NCBI RefSeq assembly: GCF_963921235.1 | Contig: NC_086097.1 | Location: 2,604,001-2,668,000 of the forward strand | Source of the DNA: Mobula hypostoma | Lineage: Eukaryota | DNA: 64,000 nt | Direction of reading: 5' to 3' | In this document: one piece after another, positions 25,746 to 38,323 of the stretch | Position numbering within the stretch: the stretch's first letter is position 1 | Layout of the letters: each line of letters starts with the position of its first letter | Notes under the pieces: generated by a model | The model's input: only the letters and a program-made list of their open reading frames with translations | The model's database searches: none | Told to the model about the DNA's origin: nothing | Position numbers and translations under genes: made by a program

Positions 25746-27138
25746 CTACAGGGTGGTACACAGGATAAATATACAAAGTTGAATTTGGGGACAATCAAGA
25801 ACATGATGGGATAAATAAAGTGCATTCAGATTACATTCAGATCCTTCCACAGATGAAACCATCACCGACCATTGGAATGCCATTCCAGTTGGTCATATTT
25901 CCTCTTGCTCAAACAATGAAGGGACAGTCATTTCAAATGTGCTGTTTCATTTTAATAAAAATATGGATTAAATTCACAATCATAAGGAAACATTCTGTTG
26001 GCCATTTAATTAGAACACTAACTATGCCAGTTTAGAATCTGTTACATGCTTTTCCCTCCCCAGAAACGGTAGAAAAATAGATCAGAGAATCTGTACAACT
26101 GCTACAGTACTCAATAGGGAAATGTCTTTCACTAAGCAACAACTTCCTTTTAAGATGCTAAAAAAAATAGTCATCTCTTTAAAAAACTTTATATACATTG
26201 AAGCATTGTAGAATCAATAGACAGTTATGCCATTTGTAGAAAATATTTGCATAGGATATTTGATCTAATTTACTGTTATTTGAGCCTTTAGCATTGAAGG
26301 CACTTTACTGTATCCCAGTAACAGTTTAGATCGTAAGCATCCAAAACAAATCATTAGAGAACTAAACACCAACAATGCAAGTTTTTAAAAAAAGCTTTTG
26401 CTACCAAGCACAAACTCATCTGAGTGACTTCCAATATTCTAATATAACCAAAATTAAATTGGTAAACAATTGCAGTTAAGCATCATGCAGGGGCATGTAG
26501 CCAAGAGAAAAAGGTACACCAACACAACTTGGAACAATATACAAGTAGCATCAAATCAGGCAACTTTCAAATGTTGTTTCTGTTATGTTTAGAAAGGGCT
26601 GCAGATCTGTGGCAATGCAGATAAATTTGCAGGCAGTTTTGACTACCTTCTTAATCTAGCTGTGGTAGAAAGCAAGCACTAATATATACTGATCAAAAAC
26701 CAACAGTGAAAACAATGTTAGAGTCATCGAACACTACAGCACAGAAACAGGCCCTTCGGCCTATCTAGTGTATACTACTGCTCTGCCTAGTCCCACTGCA
26801 CTGGCAACTTGTTCCATACACTCACCGACCTCTGAGTGAAGAAGTTTCCCCTCACGTTCCCCTTAAACATTTCACTTTTCACCTTTAATCCATGACCTCT
26901 AGTTCTAGTCTCACCAAACCTCAGCTCCCAAGCTAACGTGTTAAACTTGGAAACAGCGCAGCTGCCCCCAGTACTCTCAAGAAACTGCACACACAACATC
27001 TTATCCACAAGGTGGCACTACAGCAACACTCACAGTACAATACTGTACTGGTGCATTAGGCTAGATGATCTGGAGTGGAATTGGAACTCACTCTGTACAA
27101 CCAAATGAAGCACAGCTAACATATTGGAATAAAGCAGG

Positions 27139-27398
27139 GTGCCAGAGTAACGCAGTGGTTAGCGTGATGCTATTACAGTTCAGGCTATGGCAGATTGGAA
27201 TTCAATTCCAGTATCTTCAGTAAGGAGACTGTACGTCCTTGCTGTGGCTGTTTTCTCTGGGTCCAAAGATGCACTGGGCAAGTTAATTGGTCATTGTAAA
27301 TTGTCCCATGACGAGGTTAGGGGTAAACTGGGTATGCCAGGATGGCACAGCTCGAAGGCCAGAAGGGCCTATTTCCGCTTTGTATCGCTAAAATAAAA
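27139..27398 (+). mobile_element. HE1-like tRNA-derived V-SINE, degraded
   Basis: A-box-like TAACGCAGTGGTTAGC, B-box-like ATTCAATTCC, V-domain motif TTAATTGGTCATTGTAAATTGTCCC, and a CR1-like tail. Confidence 0.7.
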
Positions 27399-27413
27399 TT
27401 CAACTTTAAAACA

Positions 27414-27419
27414 TTTATT
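27414..27419 (-). promoter_or_regulatory. Candidate BTBD7 polyadenylation signal (AATAAA on minus strand)
   Basis: TTTATT on + in unique sequence about 2.5 kb downstream of the BTBD7 stop. Other sites are possible. Confidence 0.35.
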
Positions 27420-27784
27420 TCAATGGTTGCCACAAGGCCGAGAGTGGAAGTTTGTGTGTAGTCTTAGAATTCGGATTTTCAATTTAACACCAGTGCATCA
27501 GCTCTAGTACCCGGAAATGATTGATAAGATTGCACTGTAACACTGAACAACTGTAGGCTTTGCATCAGTATATTGCAGCGGAAATTTGCATACAAAGCTT
27601 TTTGCTTTGAATTCTCCTGTCTCCTAACTTCAATCCTGACACAGCACCCAAACATGAAATTAGTACACAACGCATGAATTCTCCTCAAACAACAGGAATT
27701 CTGCAGATGCTGGAAATTCAAGCAACACACATAAAAGTTGCTGGTGAACGCAGCAGGCCAGGCAGCATCTCTAGGAAGAGGTGC

Positions 27785-27820
27785 AGTCGACGTTTCAGGC
27801 CGAGACCCTTCGTCAGGACT
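27785..27820 (-). ncRNA. Minimal type-I hammerhead ribozyme motif (Penelope pLTR)
   Basis: Minus strand reads AGTC-CTGACGA-AGG(GTCTCGG)CCT-GAA-ACGT-C-GACT: conserved core, stem I, stem II and palindromic stem III. Confidence 0.75.
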
Positions 27821-28258
27821 AACTGAAGGAAGAGTGAGTAAGGGATTTGAAAGTTGGAGGGGGAAGGGGAGATGCAAAATGATAGGAGAAGACAGGAGGG
27901 GGAGGGATAGAGCCGAGAGCTGGACAGGTGATAGGCAAAAGGGATACGAGAGGATCATGGGACAGGAGGTCCGGGAAGAAAGACAAGGAGGTGGGGGGAC
28001 CCAGAGGATGGGCAAGGGGTATATTCAGAGGGACAGAGGGAGAAAAAGGAGAGTGAGAGAAAGAATGTGTGTATAAAAATAAGTAACAGATGGGGTACGA
28101 GGGGGAAGTGGGGCATTAGCGGAAGTTAGAGAAGTCGATGTACTTCTTTACCTGTCCAGCTCTTGGCTCCATCCCTCCCCCTCCTGTCTTCTCCTATCAT
28201 TTTGGATCTCCCCCTCCTCCTCCAACTTTCAAATCTCTTACTCACTCTTCCTTCAGTT

Positions 28259-28294
28259 AGTCCTGACGAAGGGTCTCGGCCTGAAACGTCGACT
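28259..28294 (+). ncRNA. Minimal type-I hammerhead ribozyme motif (Penelope pLTR)
   Basis: AGTC CTGACGA AGGGTCTCGGCCT GAAACGTC GACT; predicted cleavage after C28290 (GUC). Confidence 0.75.
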
Positions 28295-28767
28295 GTACCT
28301 CTTCCTAGAGATGCTGCCTGGCCTGCTGCGTTCACCAGCAACTTTTATGTGTGTTGCATGAATTCTCCTGTCTCCTAATGTCAATCCTGATGTGGCACCC
28401 AAACAGGAAACAGAACAAGATCTGAGAAGGAAAATCTGCACCAATACTTCAAATTAGTTTTATACTGTAGATCAGAATTAGTAAAATTTAAAACACCACT
28501 GAATTTAAATATACAACTCACAGATACAGGTTCAAGAGGAGAGAAATTTCTGCGAATTATTGTAGGACCTACATAGCTGGCAAAATACAGAACTAAAACA
28601 ACTATAATCAATATTCCAAGTTCCCTAGGTATTCTACCTTGCCACCAAGATTGGATTAACAGGGTTAGTCTCTGCCTGGATTTAGCTGTTGCCAGGGAGG
28701 TGAACATGAGATCTGCAACACGTGTTGGCCATCAACAGAGTGCCGCAGAGAGGGAGCTACAGCATCT

Positions 28768-28995
28768 TAAACACAAGAGATTCTGTAGATGCTGGAAATC
28801 CAGAGTAACAAACACAAAGTGTTAGAGGAACTCAGCAGGTCAGGCAGCGTCTATGAGGGGAATAAAAACCTCTCCTTCCCTCCCCCACTTTCTTACTCTG
28901 GCTTCTTCCCCCTTCCTTTCCACTGATCACATCAACTGTTTATTCATTGCCATTGATGCTGCCTGACTTACCGAGTTCCTTCAGCATTTTGTGCA
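28768..28995. mobile_element. Small old Penelope-end remnant with inverted arms
   Basis: GAGGAACTCAGCAGGTCAGGCAGCGTC ... GATGCTGCCTGACTTACCGAGTTCCTTC; flanked by CATCTTAAA on both sides. Confidence 0.65.
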
Positions 28996-29892
28996 CAGAA
29001 CATCTTAAATATGTGCAATTGAGGAACCTACTTGGATACAGCAAAGGGGAAACAAGAGAATTTAAAAATCACATACAACATGCATTCTAGTTTCTCCCCT
29101 TCACAGAACTAATACTATTTTAAGTGTTGGAAACCATTTTGGAGACCAACATTAATCTATCCATGCAGAAATCTGAAAAGGAACTAACAAACTAAAAAAA
29201 TGAGGGGAAAAGGCCGAGAAGTTTCATGTGTCCGACAGATCCATGATTAAGCAAACAATATGGTAGCAGCTTCATAGGGGACTCTAGCCGCTTTCTCCAT
29301 GTTGCTAGTATTTCTGCCTTTGGGGTTTCAGCTTCTCATGATATATTAAAGCATTAATCCTATAAACCGATTGTCACAGCAATCTGATTGTCCCAAGATT
29401 AAGACTACAGCTTTAAACTGACGAGGATCTGTGCTCTGAATACAGGCAGCAGCCCAGGCGTTCTTCCCTTGCACATTTCCAATGCTGAGTACACTTGAAA
29501 AGAATACTGCCCAGTATTTTAAAGACTAAAAACTTTCTCGAAAATGAGAAAATATGCCAATGTGTACTGTATATCAGAGTACTTTTCACCATTAAATATT
29601 ACACAATTGTTATTCAATGCACAAAAACACAGAACTGTTTTAAACAGACCTGAAAAAAGGAGGTAAAAGATCAGGCATTATTTTTAAATGGTGAACTTGA
29701 TTAACGGACAATTTGCACATTAGAAAGGATGGCAATACTGCACATGACTTGGTTTCCCGAGATATTAAAAAAGTCATAGAAAATCACTTAGAAATTATCC
29801 TATTTAAGGTAGAAATGTTATGTACAAAACATCTATGAAAGCAAATTAACAAGAGTCATCTGCTGAAAAATCACAATGGATTACTGCTGTCA

Positions 29893-30714
29893 TTAAAGAG
29901 CTGACTTTTTGTATGAGAGATCAGATCTGTTTGGCGACCTCCTTTCTCGGCTTAGTGTATCTTCCCTGTTGTTCCGGATGGTTCTGTGAGGCTGAGCACT
30001 GGGTCCCGGCTCCAGCACGTCACCGTCCGATGACCGTCTGCTGCAGTGAGCCTCGTTGTTCTCAGAGCTGTAGGGCACACTGAGAGTGTGGCTAGCGGTC
30101 AGGCCACAAGTCAGATCCGTCTCCATTAACCCCCTGCTCCTGGTATGTAAAGAGCCCCCACTACACTCCTGCTTCAGTGCCAAGTCCAACCTGTGTGGAG
30201 GCTGCTCCAGAAAATCGAAATACGGTGGGTCACTGGGTCTTGGTTGCTGGTCTTCAGGAGGCAGTAAATATTCTCTCCTTGACTCTACCGATTTACTAGC
30301 AGATCCACTGCAAAGAGAAGTCATCTTGAAGCTCCCTGCTGCTGCAGGTCTATTGGGATTGTATAAATCTGGGCTGAAATATGTTGCCTGTGAAGGAGCC
30401 AATGTATGTCTGCTTGTTCCTGGAGTGTACGGCCGGTAAGATACAGTGGAGAAATCGTAGAGATCAGGGTACTCCTGGAAGCCTTGGCGAGATTCTGCCT
30501 TCAGATCACTGGGCTTTCTCCTCACACCGTGTGTGCGTCTACTGTGTAAATATGGTGCAGGCCGTGGAAAGGAAGCAAAATCTGAAGCCATTTGGTTCAC
30601 TTCAGTACTTAAAGCAAGTTCTGGAAATCTTCTGTCCTTAAGTGACAAGTTACTCAGAGATGTCACACCCATTGCAATGTCTGGCATCAGTTCATTCAAG
30701 GCACCTTCAGTGCT
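29893..30714 (-). CDS. BTBD7: BTBD7 terminal coding exon
   Basis: Acceptor TTTTCTTCTAG|AGCACT, 822 nt to TAA. LNELMPDIAMGV..LSLKDRR.PEL..QEYPDLYDFS..YFSPDLY..ETDLT.GLT..RRSP...YKKSAL*, matching the BTBD7 C-terminus. Confidence 0.95.
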   Translation of the reverse strand, partial: STEGALNELMPDIAMGVTSLSNLSLKDRRFPELALSTEVNQMASDFASFPRPAPYLHSRRTHGVRRKPSDLKAESRQGFQEYPDLYDFSTVSYRPYTPGTSRHTLAPSQATYFSPDLYNPNRPAAAGSFKMTSLCSGSASKSVESRREYLLPPEDQQPRPSDPPYFDFLEQPPHRLDLALKQECSGGSLHTRSRGLMETDLTCGLTASHTLSVPYSSENNEAHCSRRSSDGDVLEPGPSAQPHRTIRNNREDTLSRERRSPNRSDLSYKKSAL

Positions 30715-32189
30715 CTAGAAGAAAACAAAATTGAACAACATCAAATTTGGATTTTCTACTCCGTGACTTTGGAAACCAAACTAACAAAGCAAAGACTATT
30801 GTGTGAACACAACATCTGTAGATTCATATGATCACAGTAACTTTTCAAGTACAGCTGGTGAGCTCCATGCCGAACTATTAATTTACCCATACCCGAACCA
30901 CAGCTCTCCATACCCTTTCCATCCACGTACCTGTCCAAATTTCTCTCAAATGCTGAAATCAAACCTGTTTCTACCACTTCCGCTGGCAGCCTGTTCCACA
31001 CTCTCACCACCCTCTGAGTGAAGGTGTTCCCCATAAAAATAGTTCATCTTTCACCCTTAATCTTAGACCTTTAGTCTCACCCAACCTCAGTGGAAAAAGC
31101 TTGCCTAAATTTACCTCATATATTTGTATACCTCTATCATATATACAGATATATACATCTTACTGGACACAGCATGAAAGGTTATGGAGGGGAGGCAGGG
31201 GAGTGGGGTGAGGAGGGGAAAAAAGATCAGCCACAATTGAATAGCAGAGCAGACTCGCTGGGCCAAATGGCTTAATTCTGCTCCTATGTTTTATGTGCTA
31301 TGTGTGCTTTGTACTGTGTGCTGTTGGTACTGTGTTTTACACCTCGGCCCCTGAGGAACCCTGTACTATTTGGCTGTATTCATGAGCAGTTGAATGATAA
31401 TTAAACTTCAATTTGGCCTTGAAATCTCCTGTCACTCTTCTACACGCCAGGGAATAAAGTTGTAACCTATTCAACCTCTCCCTATAGTTCAGGCCCTCAA
31501 GTACAGCAGTATCATTACAAATTTTCTCTGCACTCTTTTAATCATATTGATACATTTTCTGTAGGTAGGTGATCAGAACTGTAAATTAGACTTCACCAAT
31601 GAATGTTACTTTTGGAAAATTAAAGAGATAGTGCACAAAGTCTGAAAATGTGAAGCCTGATGAAACTAACTCACAATACTAACCAATATCCTCTTTTACC
31701 TCATCTTAGTTCCGTGCAGGAAAAAGGCATAATGAATGATGCATGTTGTTCCAACTGTTGAGTTAATATTCTCACAGCACCCTTTCGCTTATAAGCACAT
31801 ACTTAGTTTCAGGCCCAATTTTATTTATTTATTTCGCGCTCCATGGCAGAACAGGCCTTTCTGGCCCAACGAGCTGCCCTGCAACCCATTGATAGAACTC
31901 TAGCCTAATCACGACAATTTGCAAAGACCAATTTGGCTGTATTCGTTTTACAGGTACCCAAACTGCTGATTTCCAAACCAGATGGTTTGATGTGCTTCCT
32001 TAAAAGGCTCCATGCCCTGAATAAAAATTAGCACACAAAAAGCATTTTTAATATTTTAACTAATACTTAATCAACAAATTAGAAAATGTTAATGTTGAAT
32101 GTGGGAGGAATAGACATTTGATAACATTGGCCAAAGATGGATATGCAGAGTTGAGTCATGGATTAACCACGTAATCGAAACCATGTAAC

Positions 32190-33833
32190 CATGAGGTCGA
32201 AATAGAACAGGCTTGTGTGCTGGACAATGTGGAGATTAAAGGATGAGTGTTGGATCTTCTGAAACAGATCAAGATTGATAAGTCCCCAGGGCCAGACGTG
32301 ATATACCCCAGGTTGCTGTGGGAAGTGAGAGAAGAGATCGCTGGAGCAGTAGCTGTGATCTTTGAATCTTCTTTGACTGCAGGGGAGGTACCGGAAGATT
32401 GGAGAATGGCAAATGTAGTTCCCTTGTTTAAAAAAGCTAATAGGGAGAATCCTGGGAACTATAGACCGGTGAGTCTTACGTTGGTGGTCTGCAAACTATT
32501 GGAAAGGATTCTTAAGAATAGGATCTATGAGCGCTTGGAGAGGTACAGTCTACTCAAGGATAGTCAACATGGCTTTGTGAAGGGAAGGTCGTGCCTCACA
32601 AACCTGAGTTTTTTGAAGAGGTACCAAAAGAAATTGATGAGGGTAGGGCAGTAGATGTGGTCTACGTGGATTTCAGCAAGGCATTTGACAAGGTCCCCCA
32701 CAAGAGACTCATCCAGAAAGTCCTGAGGCATGTAATCAGTGGTACCTTGGCTGTTTGGATAAAAAATTGGCTTAAAGGAAGAAAGCAGAGGATAGTAGTG
32801 GAAGGAAAGTATTCTGCCTGGAGGTCGGTGACTAGTGGAGTGCTGCAAGGATCTGTTCTGGGACCCCCTGCTCTTTGTGATTTCTATAAATGACCTGGGT
32901 GGAGAGGCAGAAGGATGGGTGAGTAAGTTTGCAGATGACATGAAGATTGAAGGAGTTGTGGATGGAGCTGTAGGTTGTCGAAGGTTACAAGAGGATATGG
33001 ACAGGATGCAAAGTTGGGCAGAAAAGTGGCAGATGGAGTTCAATCCAGATAAGTGTGAGGTGATGTATTTTGGAAGGACAAACCAGAAGGCTGAGTACAG
33101 GGTTAATGGTCAGTTACCTAAGCGTGTGGATGAACAGAGGGACCTTGGGGTTCAAGTTCATACATCCCTCAGGGTCGCTGCACAGGTTGATAGGATAGTT
33201 AAGAAGGCCCAGGGATGCTAGGCTTCATTAATAGGGGGATTGAGTTCAAGAGTAGAGGGGTCATGTTGCAACTCTACAAATCTCTGGTGAGACCACAATT
33301 AGAGTATTGTGTTCAGTTCTGGTCACCTCATTATAGGAAGGATGTGGAAGCTATGGAGAGGGGCAGGGGAGATTTACCAGGATGTTGCCTGGATTGGAAA
33401 ACAAATCTTATGAGGCAAGGTTAGCAGAGCTGGGACTTTTCTCTTTGGAGCGTAGAAGGATGAGAAGGGACTTGACAGAGGTCTACAAGATTATGAGAGG
33501 CATAGATAGGGTGGATAGTCAGTACCTGTTTCCCAGGGCACGAATAACAAACACCAGCGGGCATATGTACAAAGTTAAAGGAGGGAAGTTTAGGGGAGGC
33601 ATCAGGGGTAAGTTTTTTTTACACAGAGGGTTGTGGGTGCCTGGAATGACTTGCCAGGGATGGTGGTGGAGGCTAAGACATTTTAAGAGCCTCTTGGACA
33701 GGCACATGGATGAAAGAAAAATAGAGGGTTACAGGGTAGTGTGGGTTTAGTATGTTTTTTTAAGGCATATATGGGTCGGCACAACATCGAGGGCTGAAAG
33801 ACCTGTACTGTGCTGTAGTATTCTAGTGTCTAG
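32190..33833 (+). mobile_element. 5'-truncated CR1 LINE
   Basis: Frameshifted RT ORFs across 32247-33750; tail TTCTAGTGTCTAG. Confidence 0.92.
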
Positions 33834-34590
33834 TAATCACTGAATACCTTAAGGGGCCAAATAACCTACTTCCATTCTTAAGATCCAATGACAGCCCATG
33901 CAGAAGTCAGTAAAGCAGATTTAAAATACTATAGAGCTTGAGAAATCAGGAGAATTAGTATAGGATGTGATGCATTGAGATCTCCTATGGCGATAGGTCT
34001 TTATTCTTCAAGGTTCAAAAAGTTCAAAGTTCCAAGTACATTTATAGATGTATATTATATGCAACCTTGAGATTCATCTTTTTGCAAAAAGCCATAAAAC
34101 AAAGAAACACAATAGAATCCACAAAAAAACTGTCAAATGTCAATAAAAGGACAAACTCTGCAACCAATAAAAAATAAAACAAACAGTACACAGAATATTA
34201 ACTGCAGAGTCTCCAGAAGTTACTCCACGGCTGTGGAGCCAGTTCACCGCTGAGACGAGTGAAGCCAGCCCAGGAGCCCGGCGGCTGCAGAGCAACACCA
34301 CTCTCAAAGCTGGCCGTGTGGGATATCAAGAATTTTGCATCTCCCGCAGACAACAGTAGGGAGACGAGAGGGAATCTTGTCAAACTCAGGCAGACAAGAT
34401 AGAGTCAGGTGGGAGATCTTGGCTGACATGGAAAACTGAGCAGAACACCAGATACTTAGAAATAAAATAGTTAATATAACATTTTAAGCCCCGTCAATCA
34501 CCAATGAGGCCACATGATTCAGAAAGGCACGTGGATATTTTGTTTCCAAATTCATTACCACTAATCTGACATTTAGAAGTCAAAACTTAC

Positions 34591-34974
34591 CCCTATATCT
34601 GTTTGCATCTGGACCAGTCTGGCAGAATTGGTGCAGTTGGGAGGCATTTGTTTACCACCAGATGTATAAATAGGTCTGGTGGTCAGTCCAGAATAATGTA
34701 AAGAACGATTACACGGGTAGGATAAGGATCGGGATGACAGCTGACCAGGCAGCCTCTGCTTCCCATCGGTTTTGTGCTTCTCATGCGTCAGCGCTGTCGG
34801 TGGGTGATACGGTGGTGGAGGTGGTGGCAAAGGTGGGCGGAAAGCTGCAAAGGGCTCAATGTCACCACGTTGTCCAGCTGGTGAACTGTTCATCCTGCAG
34901 TGAGCATGCTGACGAACAGCTAGCACTGGACTCTCATCACCAAACCGCTCATGAGGAAAGAACTTAAGAGGATT
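34591..34974 (-). CDS. BTBD7: BTBD7 coding exon
   Basis: CCACAG|AATCCT...ATAGGG|GTAAGT, 384 nt. NPLKFFPHERFGDESP...PPLPPPPPPYHPP...SRSLSYPCN. Confidence 0.95.
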
Positions 34975-35139
34975 CTGTGGAAAGCAATAGATAATCATTA
35001 GATTAGCAGAGCTACATTCCTTAGCCCAAGTCAATTGTCCCTGAAGTTTTCACATATCTTAATAATTCAAATATTTTAAGTCAGCTGGCTTGTGAACAGG
35101 AAGAAAGGATTTTGAACTGTGGGTTACTCATGTCCGTTG

Positions 35140-36322
35140 GAGGGTGCAGAAGAGGTTTACCAGATGTTGCCTGGTTTAGAGGCCATGGGCTATAACGAGA
35201 AGCTGGTCAAACTTGGGTTGTTTTCTCTGGAGCGGTGGAGGCTGAGGGGAAATCTGATGAAGGTTTATAAGATTATGAGGGGCATAGATAGAATAGACAG
35301 AATATTTTTCCCAGGGTTGAGATGTCTAATACCAGAGGACATGCATTTAAGGTGAGGTGGGGTATTTCAAAGGAGATATGAATTTTAAAAAATTATTATT
35401 ACTATTATTTTAGTTATTTATTTATTTTTACACAGAGAGCGGAATGCACTGCCTGGGGTGGTGGTAGATGCAGCTACATTAGGCACTTTTAAGAGATGGA
35501 CATGGTGGAGGATTACAAATACCTGGGGATACGAATTGACAATAAACTGGACTGGTCAAAGAACACTGAGGCTGTCTACAAGAAGGGCCAGAGCCGTCTC
35601 TATTTCCTGAGGAGACTGAGGTCCTTTAACATCTGCCAGATGATGCTGAGGATGTTCTACGAGTCTGTGGTGGCCAGTGCTATCATGTTTGCTGTTGTGT
35701 GCTGGGGCAGCAGGCTGAGGGTAGCAGACACCAACAGAATCAACAAACTCATTCGTAAGGCTAGTGATGTTGTGGGGATGGAACTGGACTCTCTCACGGT
35801 GGTGTCTGAAAAGAGGATGCTGTCTAAGTTGCATGCCATCTTGGACAATGTCTCCCATCCACTACATAATGGACTGGTTGGGCACAGGAGTACATTCAGC
35901 CAGAAACTCATTCCACCAAGATGCAGCACTGAGTGTCATAGGAAGTCATTCCTGCCTGTGGCCATCAAACTTTACAATTCCTCCCTTGGAGGGTCAGACA
36001 CCCTGAGCCAATAGGCTGGTCCTGGACTTATTTCATAATTTACTGGCATAATTTACATATTACAATTTAACTATTCATGGTTCTATTACTATTTATTATT
36101 TATGGAGCAACTGTAATGAAAACCAATTTCCCCCGGGATCAATAAAGTATGACTATGACTATGACTAAGGGATGTTTAGATAGGCAGGTGAAAGTGAAGA
36201 AAACGGAGGGACATGGACGTCATGTAGGCAGAACTCAACCACTTGATTATTAATTTATTTGGGTCAGCACGACATTGTGGGATAAAGGGCCTGATGCTGT
36301 GCTGTACTGTTCTAAGTTCTAT
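35140..36322 (+). mobile_element. CR1 3' fragment split by a Rex1/Babar insertion
   Basis: LGLFSLERWRLRG before the insertion; the CR1 tail resumes after 36166. Confidence 0.75.
35494..36166 (+). mobile_element. Rex1/Babar-type LINE 3' fragment
   Basis: ORF 35496-36014 (YKYLGIRIDNKLDW...KKGQSRLYFLRRLRSF...SFLPVAIKLYN), then AATAAA and a (TATGAC)n tail. Confidence 0.85.
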
Positions 36323-36497
36323 GAAGCTGCATCATTTCCCAAGTAGTTTAAAAAATGGTGATTAACAAGCTAATTGTAGCAAACCTCTTTGCCCAATACT
36401 GCAGCTAAAGATATCAATATTTATGAAAACTCATTTGCAATTATTCTGATCGTTTAGGCTGGTCAATGTCATAATGTTACAGACACATTTCCCATAC

Positions 36498-36676
36498 CTG
36501 AAGCAGTTCAACAGCAGCATCTGGGAGGTTAAATTCTCTCAGCACCCGGATCTGAATTTCGTAGCTTACAGTTGCTCCTTCCCCACAGTTCAACGCGTAT
36601 GCTCGCTGCACCTGATCCGTATGTCTAAGTTCCTGAAGGCGCCTGATCATATCTTTTACCATTTTCAAGGGGGGGA
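36498..36676 (-). CDS. BTBD7: BTBD7 coding exon
   Basis: TTTTCAG|TCCCCC...CTTCAG|GTATGG, 179 nt. (V)PPLKMVKDMIRRLQELRHTDQVQRAYALNCGEGATVSYEIQIRVLREF. Confidence 0.96.
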
Positions 36677-38136
36677 CTGAAAAGTAATATTTATTTAGTA
36701 ACGCTTTTGCACAAGTAACTGCATTTGAACTCATTTATATTGGGAGGAAAACACAAGACAGAGGAGTAAAACGAGGCCATTCCGCACATCAATCCTACTC
36801 TGCCTCTGTTGACTTACTATCCATTAAGTGGTAACTTTTAGTGATTTATTGTAATATGGGTGAGATTCTAACTAAAAAGTAATACATACAAAATGCTGGA
36901 GGAACTCAGCAGGTCACAAAGCAATTATGGAGGAGAAAGGAGAGTCAACATTTTGGTCTGCGACCCTGGACCAGGACTAACTGAGGTGGTAATTTTTAAT
37001 GTATTAGTCTGACCAGTGGAGTGATAACAGGCCATGTAGCTGTTTAAGTAGTCAGGTTTATAGCAGTTACTTTCTTTGGGTGGGCGGGGGGGGGGGAGGA
37101 GGGGAAGAATTTCTGTTGCTCCCTCACTTCCAGGGAATTTAACTCCCATTATCCTCTGTCCACTAGCTGAATAACAGTAATGGATTTAATCGTACTGCCT
37201 TGTAGTCCAAATCAACATGTAATGCAATCCCTACAAATCAAGAACACAAGAAACTATAACAAAACACAGTCATATCTAAGTAGAGTGGAACGACGCTCTT
37301 TAAGAGAAAAGCAATCTGAGAAAGGCAATGAATTAGCCCTCCAGAGCTAACAGGTACAAGTGTTATCATGAGAGAGCAGCCACACCCCGGTACGCTGCCT
37401 CGATGGGCAAGCTAAACCAGGTGAGAGTAGCCAGCGGGCCTCGTACCAGGTGAGATAGGGTCACGCCTGCCCTGGCATGTGCAGTCAGCACCAGTGGACT
37501 GGAGATGTACCGTGAGATCCAATGGCCAAGGCGGCAGTTCTGCAACACTCCATGGAGAACGAAGTGCTTGACATGGGACAGAAGTAGTTGTGGTCATGCA
37601 CTGCAACCTGGAGCCCGGATGTGATGACTTACTAGCACATGACCCAGACCTCAGAAGCCCAGAGAGCAGAGCTGCCCTGTGCAATGGCTTGTACACTTCA
37701 AAAATTCTCCTGCACAGCTCTCCTATCTCTGTTGGATACAATGTCAAGAGACCTGTCCAGGACAACCAACAGGTTATCAGGGCTCAACATCTGAGCACAA
37801 CTTTTTAATGGTATAAACGGAAGGCAGTGAGTGACCCCTCCATTGTGGAAACCATTCCAAAATTCCCCAGCTGAAGTGCAACCATTTACGTGATTTGAGG
37901 GGGTGGTATGAGGCAGAGAGGTGGGACAAAGATCATGGGTGAGGGTGTGAGGGTGAAAGGTGAAACATTTAAGGGGAATCTGGGAAGGTTATGGTCCAGG
38001 TGCAGGTCAATGGGACTAGGCAGACTCACAGTTCGGCATGGACTAGATGGCACCTGTTTCTGTGCTGTAGCTCTCCATAATGCCAAATACAGAACTGGGA
38101 ATGAATAGCTAATTTCAGCACTGGAATAATACTTAC

Positions 38137-38323
38137 CAGGAATTTCATTGGCAATGATTGAAGGAGGGTTAGATGGTGCGCCTATCGGCTGGTGATTCAT
38201 TAAGTGACAGCATTGTGGAACAGCACTATTCACCATGTATAGTGTGTCTGGTACATTGGACATACGGACCATTCGCAGCCGGACAAGATCTGTCTGCTCC
38301 ACCATCATCTCGTCCAATACAGT
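38137..38323 (-). CDS. BTBD7: BTBD7 coding exon
   Basis: TTTGCAG|ACTGTA...ATTCCTG|GTAAGT, 187 nt. TVLDEMMVEQTDLVRLRMVRMSNVPDTLYMVN.AVPQCCH...ANEIP. Confidence 0.96.

Larger units (their letters stand above)
27686..28355. mobile_element. Penelope-like element remnant with inverted pLTR arms
   Basis: ~27722-27930 is the near-exact reverse complement of ~28150-28357. Flanked by the 14-bp direct repeat GCATGAATTCTCCT (27672-27685 / 28356-28369). Confidence 0.82.

Noticed and set aside
27479..28444. ORFs of 63-178 aa in the inverted repeat
   Set aside because: Non-coding Penelope pLTR sequence read on both strands.
30086..30718. Plus-strand ORFs overlapping the last BTBD7 exon
   Set aside because: Antisense shadows of a real coding exon, with no independent motifs.
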